Source of the DNA: Geosiphon pyriformis uo1
Lineage: Eukaryota > Fungi > Glomeromycota
Assembly (NCBI GenBank): GCA_016748015.1
Contig: JAAOMT010000328.1
Location: 698,955 to 762,954 of the forward strand
DNA: 64,000 nt
Reading direction: 5' to 3'
Shown: positions 22,556 to 35,139 of the stretch, piece after piece
How the letters are laid out: the number at the start of each line of letters is the position of its first letter
Numbering within the stretch: the stretch's first letter is position 1
Notes under the pieces: model-generated
What the model was told of the DNA's origin: nothing
Database searches by the model: none
The model's input: the letters and a program-made list of their open reading frames with translations, nothing else
Translations under genes and position numbers: made by a program

Positions 22556-24020
22556 TTTTTATCTTAAAACCCAAATTTTTTTATAATATTATTTTAAAAC
22601 TTACAAATTTTAAAATTAATTAATTACCAATTTCAATAAACTATTTTAATTTATTCTAAATCTAAACAAAAATGTTTTTCTTAAAAACATATTTTTATTA
22701 TATTATATATTTTTTTTAAATTATTAAGTAGTTTATTATTAAAAGTTTTTATAAAAAAGTTAATTTTTACTGCAAAATAATTATATATTATTAAAAAATC
22801 TAAAGATTTTTGTAAAAAATTAACTTTATTTATAAAGTAATTAAACAAAATAATTAACATAAAATTAATAATATAAATAGTTTAAAATATAAAAAAATAT
22901 TTTGAAAATAAATTAGCCTATTAAAAATTTAACAATTTTTATTAACAATAAATTTAATAACAATTAATATTAATTATAATAATATATAAAAATAAAATAA
23001 AATAATATTATTTTTTTGAATTTATTATAATTGATTAAAATATTAATATTATTATTGTAATAACTTTTAAATTATCCAATTATATTTCTTAAATCTATAA
23101 TAATATAAAAGTATTTTTATCTTAATTGTTATATTGTATTAAATAATAAATAAATTTTATTTATTAAATAATAATAATAAAATTTTTTATAAAATAAATT
23201 ATATTAAATTTACTATAAAATCTGAAAATACAGTATAATCAAAAATATTTTAAAGAAAAAACAAAGTAAAAAAATTATATTACATGGTTTTAAAATAAAT
23301 AAAACTTAAACATTTAAAGTTTATTTCATAAAAAAAAATTACTTATAAAATTTACTAAAAAAAAAAAAAATTATAATTAATAAAAAAATTTAACTTCAAA
23401 TTATAAAGAACCAAAAAAAAAAAACCAAAAAAAAATTAAACTCATTTTTTAATTTTTAGGGTAATTAATCTTATTAAATAGATAAAAACTTTTATTATTA
23501 TTATTATTATTTTAACTTTTATGTATATATAAATTATAAAATATGTAAATTAAAAAATGCAAATTTTTAAACAACTATTTTTAAAGTTTATAACAAATAA
23601 ATAATTAATAATTTGTAATATAAACCTATAAATCTTGTTTGTTAGTTTTTAATAAACTAAATAAAAATATCTAATGATTAACAATAATTGAACTGTTAAA
23701 TTATTTAATCATATTATTTTCCAGTTAATTATTCCTTAGTTAATCATTTTTAATCACTTTTAATCACATTAGAAAAATCAGTATGAAATTCTTCATTTTT
23801 TATATGATGTAAACGATGATGACACATCTAATATTTAGGCGCTTTCAAAGAAATTGGATTTTAGTCATCTAGAGAAATGAAAGTCAAAAAACAACTAATC
23901 GTCCAAAATAATATCAATAAGGAAACCCTTTGCAGTTAATAACTCTCACACTTAGAGGAATCAAATTAACGATTTTTTAAATTATCTCAACTAAAAAAAT
24001 TATTGCAAAGAACAGATTCT

Positions 24021-27000
24021 TCATTCAAATTCTTCATCTGTTTTGAACCATTTTATAGTTAATATCAATAAAAACAATTAACATCATTATTAAAACAAAT
24101 TTTAAAGTGCTTACTGATTTCATCAACTTTATTAGGGCTTAAGTAGTTAGATAGATAACTTGAGCTATTGGGGTATTCCGGATCTGAAAAAAGGCGTTTA
24201 AATCAAAAAAGACATTTACCTAATAAAAAATACCAAATAAAAGGCTTACCATATATAGGGTTTGACATTAATTGACTTCCTGAGATTAATCGACTTGTAT
24301 AACTTGTTATATCACAGGTAACACCTCTTTTTTTAGTCATAAGTTCATTTAAGTTACAGTTATCGTAAGCGTCAATAACTCTTCGTTGAAGTTTTTCTGC
24401 AGTGTCACGACAATACGGATCTTGATGCCAGTTTTTTCGAATAATTTCCTGAACATATTGGGGTGTATGCTTTTCATCAATTATAGGGCGCTTTCCTTCA
24501 AGCACTTCAAATCGCAAGTGCATAGTATCTTTAATATTATTCCAAGGTCTTTCTCCTGAAATAATTTCCCAGGAAATGATAGCAAAACTGTAAATATCGC
24601 TATATTTGGTATGACACGATAAATTAAAAACTTCGGGTGCTATGTATTGGATAACACCATAAATCTCCCCAGATTGTGGAGAGTAATTGGCAGGACGACA
24701 GAATCCTAGGTCAGCGATGACAACTTTTAAGGGGTTTGATTTCAAAACAAGGATATTGCCAGGATGTAAGTCCCCATGGACTAGTTCTGATTCATGTATA
24801 AACCTTAGGCCACTAGCGATTTGAAAAAGAATACGAAGAACCATTTCCCAAGTAAGAGTGTTTTCGTTCATCTTGAGAAAAGCAATGAGGTCCCCGTGTT
24901 CCGCAAATGGCAAAACCATAATAAATTCATCGGTTGTAGCATCTTTGGTTATTCCATAGCATTGGAGGATGTATTTGCAAGAGGCACTTTTAAGATGCGC
25001 AATAAACTATTTCAAAACGTTTTCTTGTGTTAGAAAAAGAAATTAAAATAATAAAAATCATATTGATTTCTTAGAAGTAAATACCTCATCTGAATTAATA
25101 TATTTTATATTTTGGCTATCTTTAAGATATTTCAAAGCAACTTTTGTAACACCACTCCGTTCATATTTTTGATTTTTCTTATCCCAAAATAAAATTTTGC
25201 CTTTCTCCCAACTTCCTTTTTTAACAAAACCAAATCCTCCCTCTCCCACCTTATCTAAAAATTCAATCTCGTCGGGAGAAATCCATTCCAGGCAGCCTCT
25301 GCTGCTTTCAGAAATTTGCTGTGTATGATTTATATACTGATCAATATTATTATTTCCACTACTCCATGTTTCCCAAATATTTAAAAATCGTGATTTTTCA
25401 CAAGATCTACACCAAAGTGGATCTTTTAATGTTCTATCGCATTCTAGACATTTCGGCAAGCCGGCTTCAAATAAATTATTATCACTTTTATCAGTATCAC
25501 AAAATGGACATATAGGAGATCCACTAATGATTATACCCAAGTTGCCACATTTAAGACACTTGAATTCATCCGAAAGCTCGTCAAAGAAAGCTTCAAAATC
25601 TAAAAATTCTCCTTTAGAATTATCTGGGGTTCTTAAACCTCGATTTTGAAATTGCAAAATGAAAAGCTCGAGGTGATCTTGATCAAGGCCATTCAAATCA
25701 GCAAAATCACCCCGATCAATTAAGTTATTTGCCTCTGCTGCTTTTGAATAGATTTCAAATGCTTTTTCTAGGTTTTTTGTCGTTCCCCATCCATTTTGGT
25801 AGCACCATCCAAGATTGTATTGTTCATTTTGATTTCCAGCTTTTGCTACTTTTAAAAAGGATTCAAATTCGTTTTCTAAATTTTTCGCTGTTCTCCATCT
25901 ATTTCCATAATGCGTTCCAATATTGGTTTGTGGACTCGGATTTCCCGCTTTTTCCAGATCTTTTTTTATTTCTAGTCTATTTCGATACGTACCAATTTTA
26001 ATTTTTCCAAGTAAACTTCCCGCCTCTGCAGCTTTTGAATAAAGTTCAAATGCTTTTTCCTCATTTTTCGTCGTTCCCCATCCATTGTCATAACAAAGTG
26101 CAAGACTAAATTGTGCACCTGAATCTCCCGACTCTGCAGCTTTTGAATAAAGTTCAAATGCTTTTTCCTCATTTTTCGTCGTTCCCCATCCATTTCGATA
26201 ACAAAGTCCAAGACTGTATTGTGCATTTGTATGTCCCGCCTCTGCAGCTTTTGAATAGAGTTCAAATGCTTTTTCTAAATTTTTCGTCGTTCCCCATCCA
26301 TTGTCATAACAAAGTCCAAGATTGTATTGTGCCTTTGTATGTCCCGCCTCTGCTGCTTTTGAATAGAGTTCAAATGCTTTTTCTAAATTTTTCGTCGTTC
26401 CCCATCCATTTTGATAACAAACTCCAAGATTGGATTGGGCATTTGTATGTCCCGCCTCTGCAGCTTTTGAATAGAGTTCAAATGCCTTTTCTAAATTTTT
26501 GGTCGTTCCCCATCCATTGTCATAACAAAGTCCAAGATTTAATTGTGCCTTTGTATGTCCCGCCTCTGCAGCTTTTGAATAGAGTTCAAATGCTTTTTCT
26601 AAATTTCTCGTCGTTCCCCATCCATTTCGATAACAAAGTCCAAGATTGTATTGTGCATTTGTATGTCCCGCCTCTGCAGCTTTTGAATAGAGTTCAAATG
26701 CTTTTTCTAAATTTTTCGTCGTTCCCCGTCCATTGTCATAACACCATCCAAGATTGTATTGTGCATTTGTATTTCCCGCCTCTGCAGCTTTTGAATAGAG
26801 TTCAAATGCTTTTTCTAAATTTTTCGTCGTTCCCCATCCATTTTGATAACAAACCCCAAGATTGGATTGTGCATTTGTATTACCCGCCTCTGCTGCTTTT
26901 GAATAGAGTTCAAATGCTTTTCCCTCATTTTTCGTCGTTCCCCATCCATTTCGATAACAAAGTCCAAGATTGTATTGTGCATTTGTATCACCCACTTGTG

Positions 27001-27514
27001 CAGCTTTTGAATAGAGTTCAAATGCTTTTTCTAAATTCTTCGTCGTTCCCCATCCATTTCGATAACAAAGCCCAAGATTGCATTGTGCATTTGTATTACC
27101 CGCCTCTGCTGCTTTTGAATAGAATTCAAATGCTTTTCCTCGATCTTGTAAAGTACCGATTCCATTATTATAACAATAACCTAAGAAGAACTGTCCAAAA
27201 GAATCTTTTCCCTTTGCTGCTTTTTGAAATCCTAAAAATGCTCTTGTTAAATTAGGAATAGTTCCAATCCCATGTTCTAAAGAAAAGCCGAGCAAAATAT
27301 AGTCTATTGAACGCTTTGAACTTTTATTTTTCAAGCAATTGAATAAGTTTTCAGGTGTTTTCTGATTGCGCACAAGATATCTTTTCACCAAGTCAGCAAC
27401 TTTTGAATATTCACTAGCTGGAAAAATGGACAAATTTTCTTTGATGACAATCAATGCTTCTTCAAGCCATTCGAGAGATGATGTTGTCTTTTCAATTGAT
27501 GAAGTTGAAGACAT
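24021..27514 (-). CDS. Sel1-like-repeat protein with Cys-rich linker and C-terminal TKL-type protein kinase. Predicted exons 27514-25085, 25006-24250, 24183-24115, 24037-24021
   Basis: ~15 Sel1 repeats. GEGGFG, VALK, HGDLHPGN, DLG and APE kinase motifs. GT-AG introns of 66-78 bp restore one frame. The last two exons are less certain. Confidence 0.9.
26015..27094 (-). repeat. Ten near-identical 108-bp coding tandem repeats (36-aa Sel1 units)
   Basis: Unit T(N/K)AQxNLGxCYxNGWGTTKNLEKAFELYSKAAEAG(N/H), visible directly in DNA and protein. Confidence 0.97.
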
Positions 27515-28109
27515 GATTTTAAAGCAATACCAATGGATTATCAAACTTTCAATATTTTTGGATGGGTAAAGAAGGAGATTTAAAGGGTTCGTCTTGCTAA
27601 TAAATAATTATTTCAACCTTTAATTTTGTTAGGCCTTGAAGAATTCTGAAACTCTGAAAATAGACACCCTGGAACTCAAATGACTGCTACTTTTAAAATG
27701 CAGAGGTCTAGCTGCTTCTTTCAAAGTTTTATCTGTTTTAGATCATTTTTTAGATCCTTATTCGTTACCTTGATGTTTTAAGAGTTAGTATAGAATGCGT
27801 GGGAATAGATGTTTTATTGTGGTCAAGTCTAATGTAAAAATCAAAAAAAAATTCCTTTTTAGAAAACAAATTCAAGATATGGTTTTAGTTCTAGCTAATT
27901 TAGTTAAGTATTTAAAAAAATCTATAAGATTGTTAGTGTTTGCTAATAAATTTAGTGTTGTTTCTGTATACATTATGCTAAAAATAAATAAATATTATGT
28001 TAATATATATATAATATTAATTTAAATGTAATAATATTTTTTATTAAATTTTAATATAAAATATATAAAAATATTAATAAATATATTAAAAAACAAAAAT
28101 ATGCAATTT

Positions 28110-31100
28110 ATTTTTATTATTATTATTATTATTTAACGAGCGAGGTCCAAACACTACCTAGAACTATACATCAAAGAAATGATCTAAACTAGGTGTGAAT
28201 CATGCACTTTCCACATATAACCAGTCACTCAAGCCAGTTAGAACAACACTACGCAATTATATTAACTAAAACTGGGTCCCTAATACCTGAAAAAAAAGAG
28301 CAAGATTTGCGAAAGCCAAAACAGATGCCAAAAGCTTCAGTAATACCAAGCAGTTTAACTACACTATTCAAGAATCTTGACATCAAACCAGAAATTGAGA
28401 TGAAAACCGAGCCATCCACCAGGATTAGGCCATTCTTTTCCATATATGCACGATGCTTGGCATGGACCAACCAAATGTTATTTCTGAAAGTAACACAAAT
28501 AAAGCATACAAAATCAGCAATATTAACACCAGCAACCTTGGAATTATGGAAGATAGAAACAGCTTCCTGAAGCCATCTTTTGAAAATAAAACTCTTGCAA
28601 AGAACTGAGAATACCAAAAAATCCAAAGCACAGATCGACAGCATCTGTAAAATGCTTAAAGAAGAGAGGAAGAGACCAGAAAGCATCTTCCAAGAAGATA
28701 TACAGGATTCCAAAACCCAACGATAAGCCGCATCATCAATCATACAAGAAAACACATGATCAGACACCTCCACTTTACCACAATACAGACACAAAACGCT
28801 AGGATAACATTTATTATAAATGCGCTTTTGAACAGCAACAGGAAGCTAACAGTGCAAAGTCTTTATAAGGTAGGTACAAATATCAGCAGTGTGCCTGCTA
28901 GTGAAACCAGTCGCCATATGCAAGTCAGGGTGCCAAACTCCAGAAAAGGTAAGCCAATCGACATTTAAGTGCAAATCACCAGCTAGAAACCCAGAACCAG
29001 AACTGATCTCCCAGCACACCCGACAAACAGCATGAAAAACATCTCGAACAAAGTGTCTAAAATTACCAGAAACAATACCACCATCCACCAACAAAAACCG
29101 TTCAGCAACACGAGGAGAGAAAAACCGATCAGAGAGAGCTGCAGTGTCAGTGATGCTATTAGCGCAATCATTTTCTAACACACCAAAGTGGCTCTTAATC
29201 TTGTGCCAGCTAACTCTCAAATTTTTTCTGTAGATAATATTCCTAATATGCCAGCACTCAATCCAACACTGATTGCAAAAGTCAGAACACACCAAGTTAA
29301 CCTCTGATTTGCAAGCATCCAAAGCAGCCTGGCTATCTGAAAACAGGCAAACAGAATGATCCACAGGTACGCACTCCAGAGCCAATACTATAGCCTACAA
29401 CTTCACCAAAGTAGACAACATCAAACTCTGAACACGGATGCCCAAATCCAAGTCAATGTCCTTAAAAAAGACAGCAGCTCTGGCCCTACAACTGACCCAT
29501 CTGTATACATAGACAAACTATTAGCGCCAACCTGAGAAAGACAATTACATACAGACACAAAATCATTAGAACCACAAATGTTCACAGGGCCAACACCACA
29601 CAAAGCCAAAGAAAAGAGAAGCGCATCACTGAGAAATGCAACAGAATGCCTGAACCACTCAGGAACTGGGCCACGAGGATTCAGTTTCTTCCACTGCTTA
29701 AAGGTGTACCAATTGAAGATATCCCCACGACAATCCTGAAGCTGATCCACAAAGACAATGCCATATTGCTGGAGAGAAGGCATGTATTTGAAAAACAAGG
29801 ATTCGCCCAGAACAGTAGATATAGGCACTCTATCATGAAACCGAAAAGAGCTGGCCAAAGAGCCACTTAAAGACAAATTGCATTCAAGAAGAATGCGTAC
29901 CAAACCTGACAAGAAATTATTGGAAACACTAACACAGATATGAGCTGGTGAACTCAATGTATGAATGGGGCACCAACACAGAACCTGCAAGTTGTAAGAC
30001 CTGTGACTAAACAATCAACCCAGGACCCCACAGGAGTTTGCAAAACTAATAAGTAAAGCAACCTTGCTTTCAGACTGATATTGTGAGAATGATTTCAAAT
30101 CATAAAAGGAAGGATGATGAATTATGTCACTAGGAAAATCGAGAGGAAGACCAGATTTAAGTTTCAAACTCTTGCAAATCAGAGCATCCCACTTGTCATA
30201 TACACTAACAGGAATAAAGCTGAACTGCGTCCTGTAGCTGACTATAGGATGGAGAACTGCCAACACCAAGTACAAGAACTGCTTATCTGAAACTGCTTTC
30301 TTTAGAACCAAATTGCTGAAAAAACGAATGTCCGAATGTGCTTTAGCTAAACTAGGCTTAGAAAGACCATCAGTTGAGAGAAAGATACCAAAATACTGAT
30401 GAGATTTGCCTTTTTTGGTTATGGAAATGGGTGAACCACTGATGAAAAGAGATGGATTACTGATCCTGCTATTAATAGGAATGGCCACAGTTTTGTCATT
30501 ATTGATTGAAATGTCATTAATCTGAAAAAATTCACTAGCAACATTGAAAATATGTTAAGTAGCAGCCTAACTGCTGCCAACCCAAATCGTGTCATCAACA
30601 AAGGCCCCAGCAGTGAAAAAAGTAGAAAACCCAGCCTGAGATTCAATGCAACCACTCCTAGAGACAAAATGAGAATTGAGTCTATATCTGTACACATTCT
30701 CCTGATGCTTGACTTTACACAAAAGAGGATCATAAAATATGTGTTAAAGAAGAGGGGAAAAAACTTCTCCTTGGTCCAACCCATTATGTACACTATAACC
30801 ATCAGTTAAACCAAAATCCATCATAATCTGATTGGTCCAATTCCTATAAATATTACCAAAAAAACGAATAAATTTGCCACACATTTTGATCCTGACCAAA
30901 CACTTTTTGAGATGCTCCTATCCAACAGAGTCATATGCTTTTCGCATGTTCTGCAATACCAGCCAAAGCTCCCGGTTCTTCTCCAAAGCATCCTCAACAA
31001 CCGAACCAATAGCAAAAATAGGAGTTTGGATAGTTGTACCCTTCAAAACTGAAAAATTATCCCCATAAAGAATGTTATAAGCACTGCATGTTAGCGATAT

Positions 31101-34100
31101 TCTGTCAGAAAGAATTTTGGAGAGGATTTTGTGAGCTGTCTCGATCAAGGCTATAGGTCGGGTATTTGTAAGGACACCTTCCCACTCATATGGTTTAGAG
31201 ATTATTGAAACCCAAGCTTCCTTTCAAGGACTAGGCACAGACTTATGAAACAAACAAGAATTCAGAAGCACCAAGAGCATATTCAGAACAGATCTATTAT
31301 TGTGTATCCACAGCTCATTTGAAATACCTGAAAGACCAGCAGCTTTGTCAATAGGCAGATCAGAAACTACGCCAAACAATTCCAAAAACTCAATTGGCTG
31401 CATTACACCAGAAAAAGCCTCATCAAAAATGTAATCCAATGGCCGATACTGACAGTATCACACATCAGAGACATCGGGAACTATCCTATGCTTCCTAGTC
31501 CATCCTTCCATGATTTCATCCACCCTTGATCTCACAGGACCAGGTTTCAAAATCAGCTCATTGTCCACAACCAAGTGATCCAAAACGACCTTATGGAAAG
31601 GGCACTCCAGAACACTCTGAATAGTGTGACTCTTGTTTAGCTCAAAACTTTCCATCCTCTTATTAATTGCTGATTTGATTTGAGATTTTTCTATGCGCTT
31701 CGATTCCATCATTTTAAGTGAGTAATAAGTTTTTCTGATCTTAGAAAGGGCTGACCAAACAGTATCAAAAGGAGAGCTGGAGAGAAAAAGAGATCTGACC
31801 ACAGAGGCATTATTATTATCAAGAGAACTCCAAACATCCAATAGTGAAATGAATTTGTCATGACAAATTGACTGAGAAGCTTTAACCAGCTTCGATATCA
31901 AAAGTTCCAACTTATGAAATTTGGATGAATCCCTAGTGAAGACACCATCATAGTCCTTAAACCATTTCTTCTTGAACACCTCATCAGCTGAAAGAACCAT
32001 TATCTTGCAAACAATGTCCCACATCGCATCCAAATCTGAGAATTGCTGGAAGGCAATAAAATCATCAGAGAACATAGTGGCATTAGCTGCCGTAGCACCT
32101 TTGAACTTGTTCCATTTCGCATCATCAGCACTCTTAAAATTAAACTTTCAATGATCTCTATTCGCCTGTTTGTGAAGAGAGTTCAACTGCATATCCAATA
32201 AACCACTCAAACCCAAAAACACAGAAACAGCCTGATGGTTTGTTTCGAAATGCTCACCAACATCTGAGACACTGCAGTGTACTATTACATTAACCAAATT
32301 TGAAGAAACAAACACATAGTCAATCATTTTCCTAGCACCCCTAGAGTTTGCCCAAGTAGGTAATTTCACAGCTGGGCTTCTGACCAAAGAATTTGCCAGA
32401 CCCAAATCAAGGCACTTCCTAAAACTTGCACACTTACGAGAACCATCTTCATTGAAATTGCCACCAAGAATAATAAAAAAAGATTCATTGACAGTCTTTG
32501 CAATGAGAGAGTTGATTTCACCAGCCTGAGATAACTGAACTGCCAGAGAAGCACCAGCATAAAGCCCCAGAATCAACACAGAAAGTTTACTCTTGAAAAG
32601 TAATTTAATGGACAGGAGCCAACCAGACACCTCAGAAATTTTGCACACATGACGAGCCAAAGAAACATCCATGATAACAGCAACACCCACACCCAAGTGA
32701 CCAGAGTCTAAACCAGAAGTGAACACTTGGACACCATCAAACTTATCTGCAATCCATGAACGAATTTTACTTCTTAATTTTGTTTCAGTAACAATAGAAA
32801 CCAAATTGTTCATTTCCTTATGCCACCTAATAATGTCCTTCTGCTTAGTGGGATTGTTCATGCCCCTGACGTTGCACGTGGCAACTTTCCAGACCAAACT
32901 GCTCATTGAATGAGGGGTAGAGATACCGAATGCACACCTATACTATCCACTTTAGTCAAAAGGCCCAGAACCGTTTCCATTAGATACTTCATGCTGTCTT
33001 TCAGCTTAGACACCGAAGACATATTGAAAGACACCACTTCCGCAACAGTCCCACCACCAGTGAACACACCTGAGCTTTCACTCATCACTACATCCACCCC
33101 TTGATCCTGTGATGAAAGGGTCACCAATGGCTGACATTCAGGACTAGGCTGGGGAACCATTGACCCAAGTGTATTCAACCTCTTAGCCAGCTTACCAACT
33201 TGCTTTGTGAGACTGGTGAGACTGCACTTAAGAGCAGCGAACCTATTGTTGACCTCCATCGTAACCAGTAGGGATGGCTTCATCTCCGAAGAGGAGTTAT
33301 CATCCACCAAAACATTCTGACTAGAAAGGGGAAGAGAAGAAGACCCACAAGCAACCTTTGCCCAAGATAGACCACCAAAAGAGACCAGACAAGCAACTGG
33401 AGCCGAGCGTTTGGCATAGATGGCTGCCAGCCTGCTTTTATCTATGTTCGAGAAAACTCTATGTAACAAATTACCAGAAGAAAATTTTCTACCAACAACA
33501 CAATCCAATAATGTATGACCCAACTTCTCATACTTGGTGCATTTAGTAGAAATGAGACAAGACCAGCAGAGATTGGCATTTTTAAGTATTGGCGTAATTT
33601 CCACAGCAGCATTCAATGATTCAGCAGAGTCGAAGCAAACAACAGCACACCTGGTCCAAGCATATGTAACAGGGTGACAATCAATGACGCATGTTTTTCC
33701 ACCCATAGATCTAACAAAGTTCCAGATATCATAAGCATTAGTCCTCATTGGCAATGTGTAAAGCAGTGCCCTATGTTGATCCCTTGTGTCTCATGCCTCT
33801 TTGTCTGAATTAGCCCTAGCCATGCGTACAGCATCTTTCCCAATCAGAATGAACCACTCAGCTACAACCAAATCAGCCTAATCTGATTGCTTGAAATCTA
33901 CCACTGCCTTTTATCACAGCCCGATTAATTGCATCTTGATCGCCTTAATAACTCCAAACTCGGATAGCGCAGTGTGTACAGCCTCAGCTGATGTTCCAAT
34001 TAGAATTTTTTTTATAACCACAGCCTAATCTGACCGCCCAGATAATTTTTTGAAATCGGTGTTTACTAGGATTTTCACACTCGCAGTCTTATCAGTAGCT

Positions 34101-34850
34101 TTCATTAGACTTGATTTAGAAGTAAACGTCACTCTGATGATTTCTGAGAATTTTGAGGGAGTAGACGCCCCCCCCCAAAACCATTGATTCCAGAAAATAA
34201 TTTTCTCACCACCACAAGCTTTTTCTGAGAAGATTTGCTGGCCACCTTATCCAAGCCAATATCCAATGCGAATGACTTCTTGACTGGAACATTGACCAAG
34301 TTTTTTATAGGAGGGGAGAGCTCAAGAGGAGCATCTAAGAGAACACTATTATCATCACTACCCTTTGAGAAATCAATCTTTCCCAATGGCTTGCCCAATG
34401 TCTTCTTGGTTTTAACTTTTGAATCCGTGGGTGTTTGATCATGATCCCCACCAGCCAGAGCACCACCTTCACCATAATCAAAGCTAGTTTCTTTTACCAG
34501 ACACTCCTCTTCCATATCAACACTCTTAGACTCAGTAGTATTCCCAGTCTCTAAACCTTATGAACAGCTCTCCTGGACTTTAGAAGCCACTTTTTTGCCA
34601 CTGGAACCATCTTCCAAAACACCTCCTCTTCTCTTCTTTCTCGACAAGACCATCTCAAAACTACCATCAGAACTAGAACTCTTAGCAGCCTTCTTCATGA
34701 TAGTAGTATTTGGGCCAATGGCAGTCTTGTAATCGAACAGAAATGGTTTAGAGATATTGTACTGAATGGTAAAAATTTTTTTGAAAAAACTTTTGACTCT
34801 TTTTTGGGAATTTTGGATGAAGGAAAGAAAGAATTTTTTAATCTTTTTGT
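28110..34850 (-). mobile_element. Near full-length LINE (ORF1 RRM-like + CCHC; ORF2 APE-RT-RNase H-CCHC), (AAT)n tail
   Basis: ORF1 34698-32903 and ORF2 32906-28249, both with stops. APE motifs CNVRG, ETKL, IDYVF. RT GAFVDD at ~30595. RNase H YTDGS and FSDSQ. CLYC..H..C. Tail at 28110-28135. Confidence 0.95.
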
Positions 34851-35139
34851 AATATTTATTTAAATTATTTAATATAATATAGTTTTAAATAATTAATTAT
34901 ATATATAAAAAATACATAATTTATATTTAAAATATAATTTGAATAGCAGATTACATATTAAAACTACATAAATTATATTTATTTTAAAACATATATTTTA
35001 TTATATTTTAATAAATAACAATAAGATTAAACTTATTAATTAATAAAAAATATATAATATATAAATAAATTATACTTTATTATAACAATAAAAAAATTTA
35101 AATTTATTTTATTTTATTTTAATAATAAATTTAAAATAA

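Noticed and set aside
26015-27094. Regular repeat resembling a CRISPR array
   Set aside because: Contiguous in-frame coding repeats without unique spacers; eukaryotic context and no cas genes.
26113-27255. 380-aa + strand ORF
   Set aside because: Antisense shadow of the 108-bp Sel1 repeat; one stop-free unit repeated explains its length.
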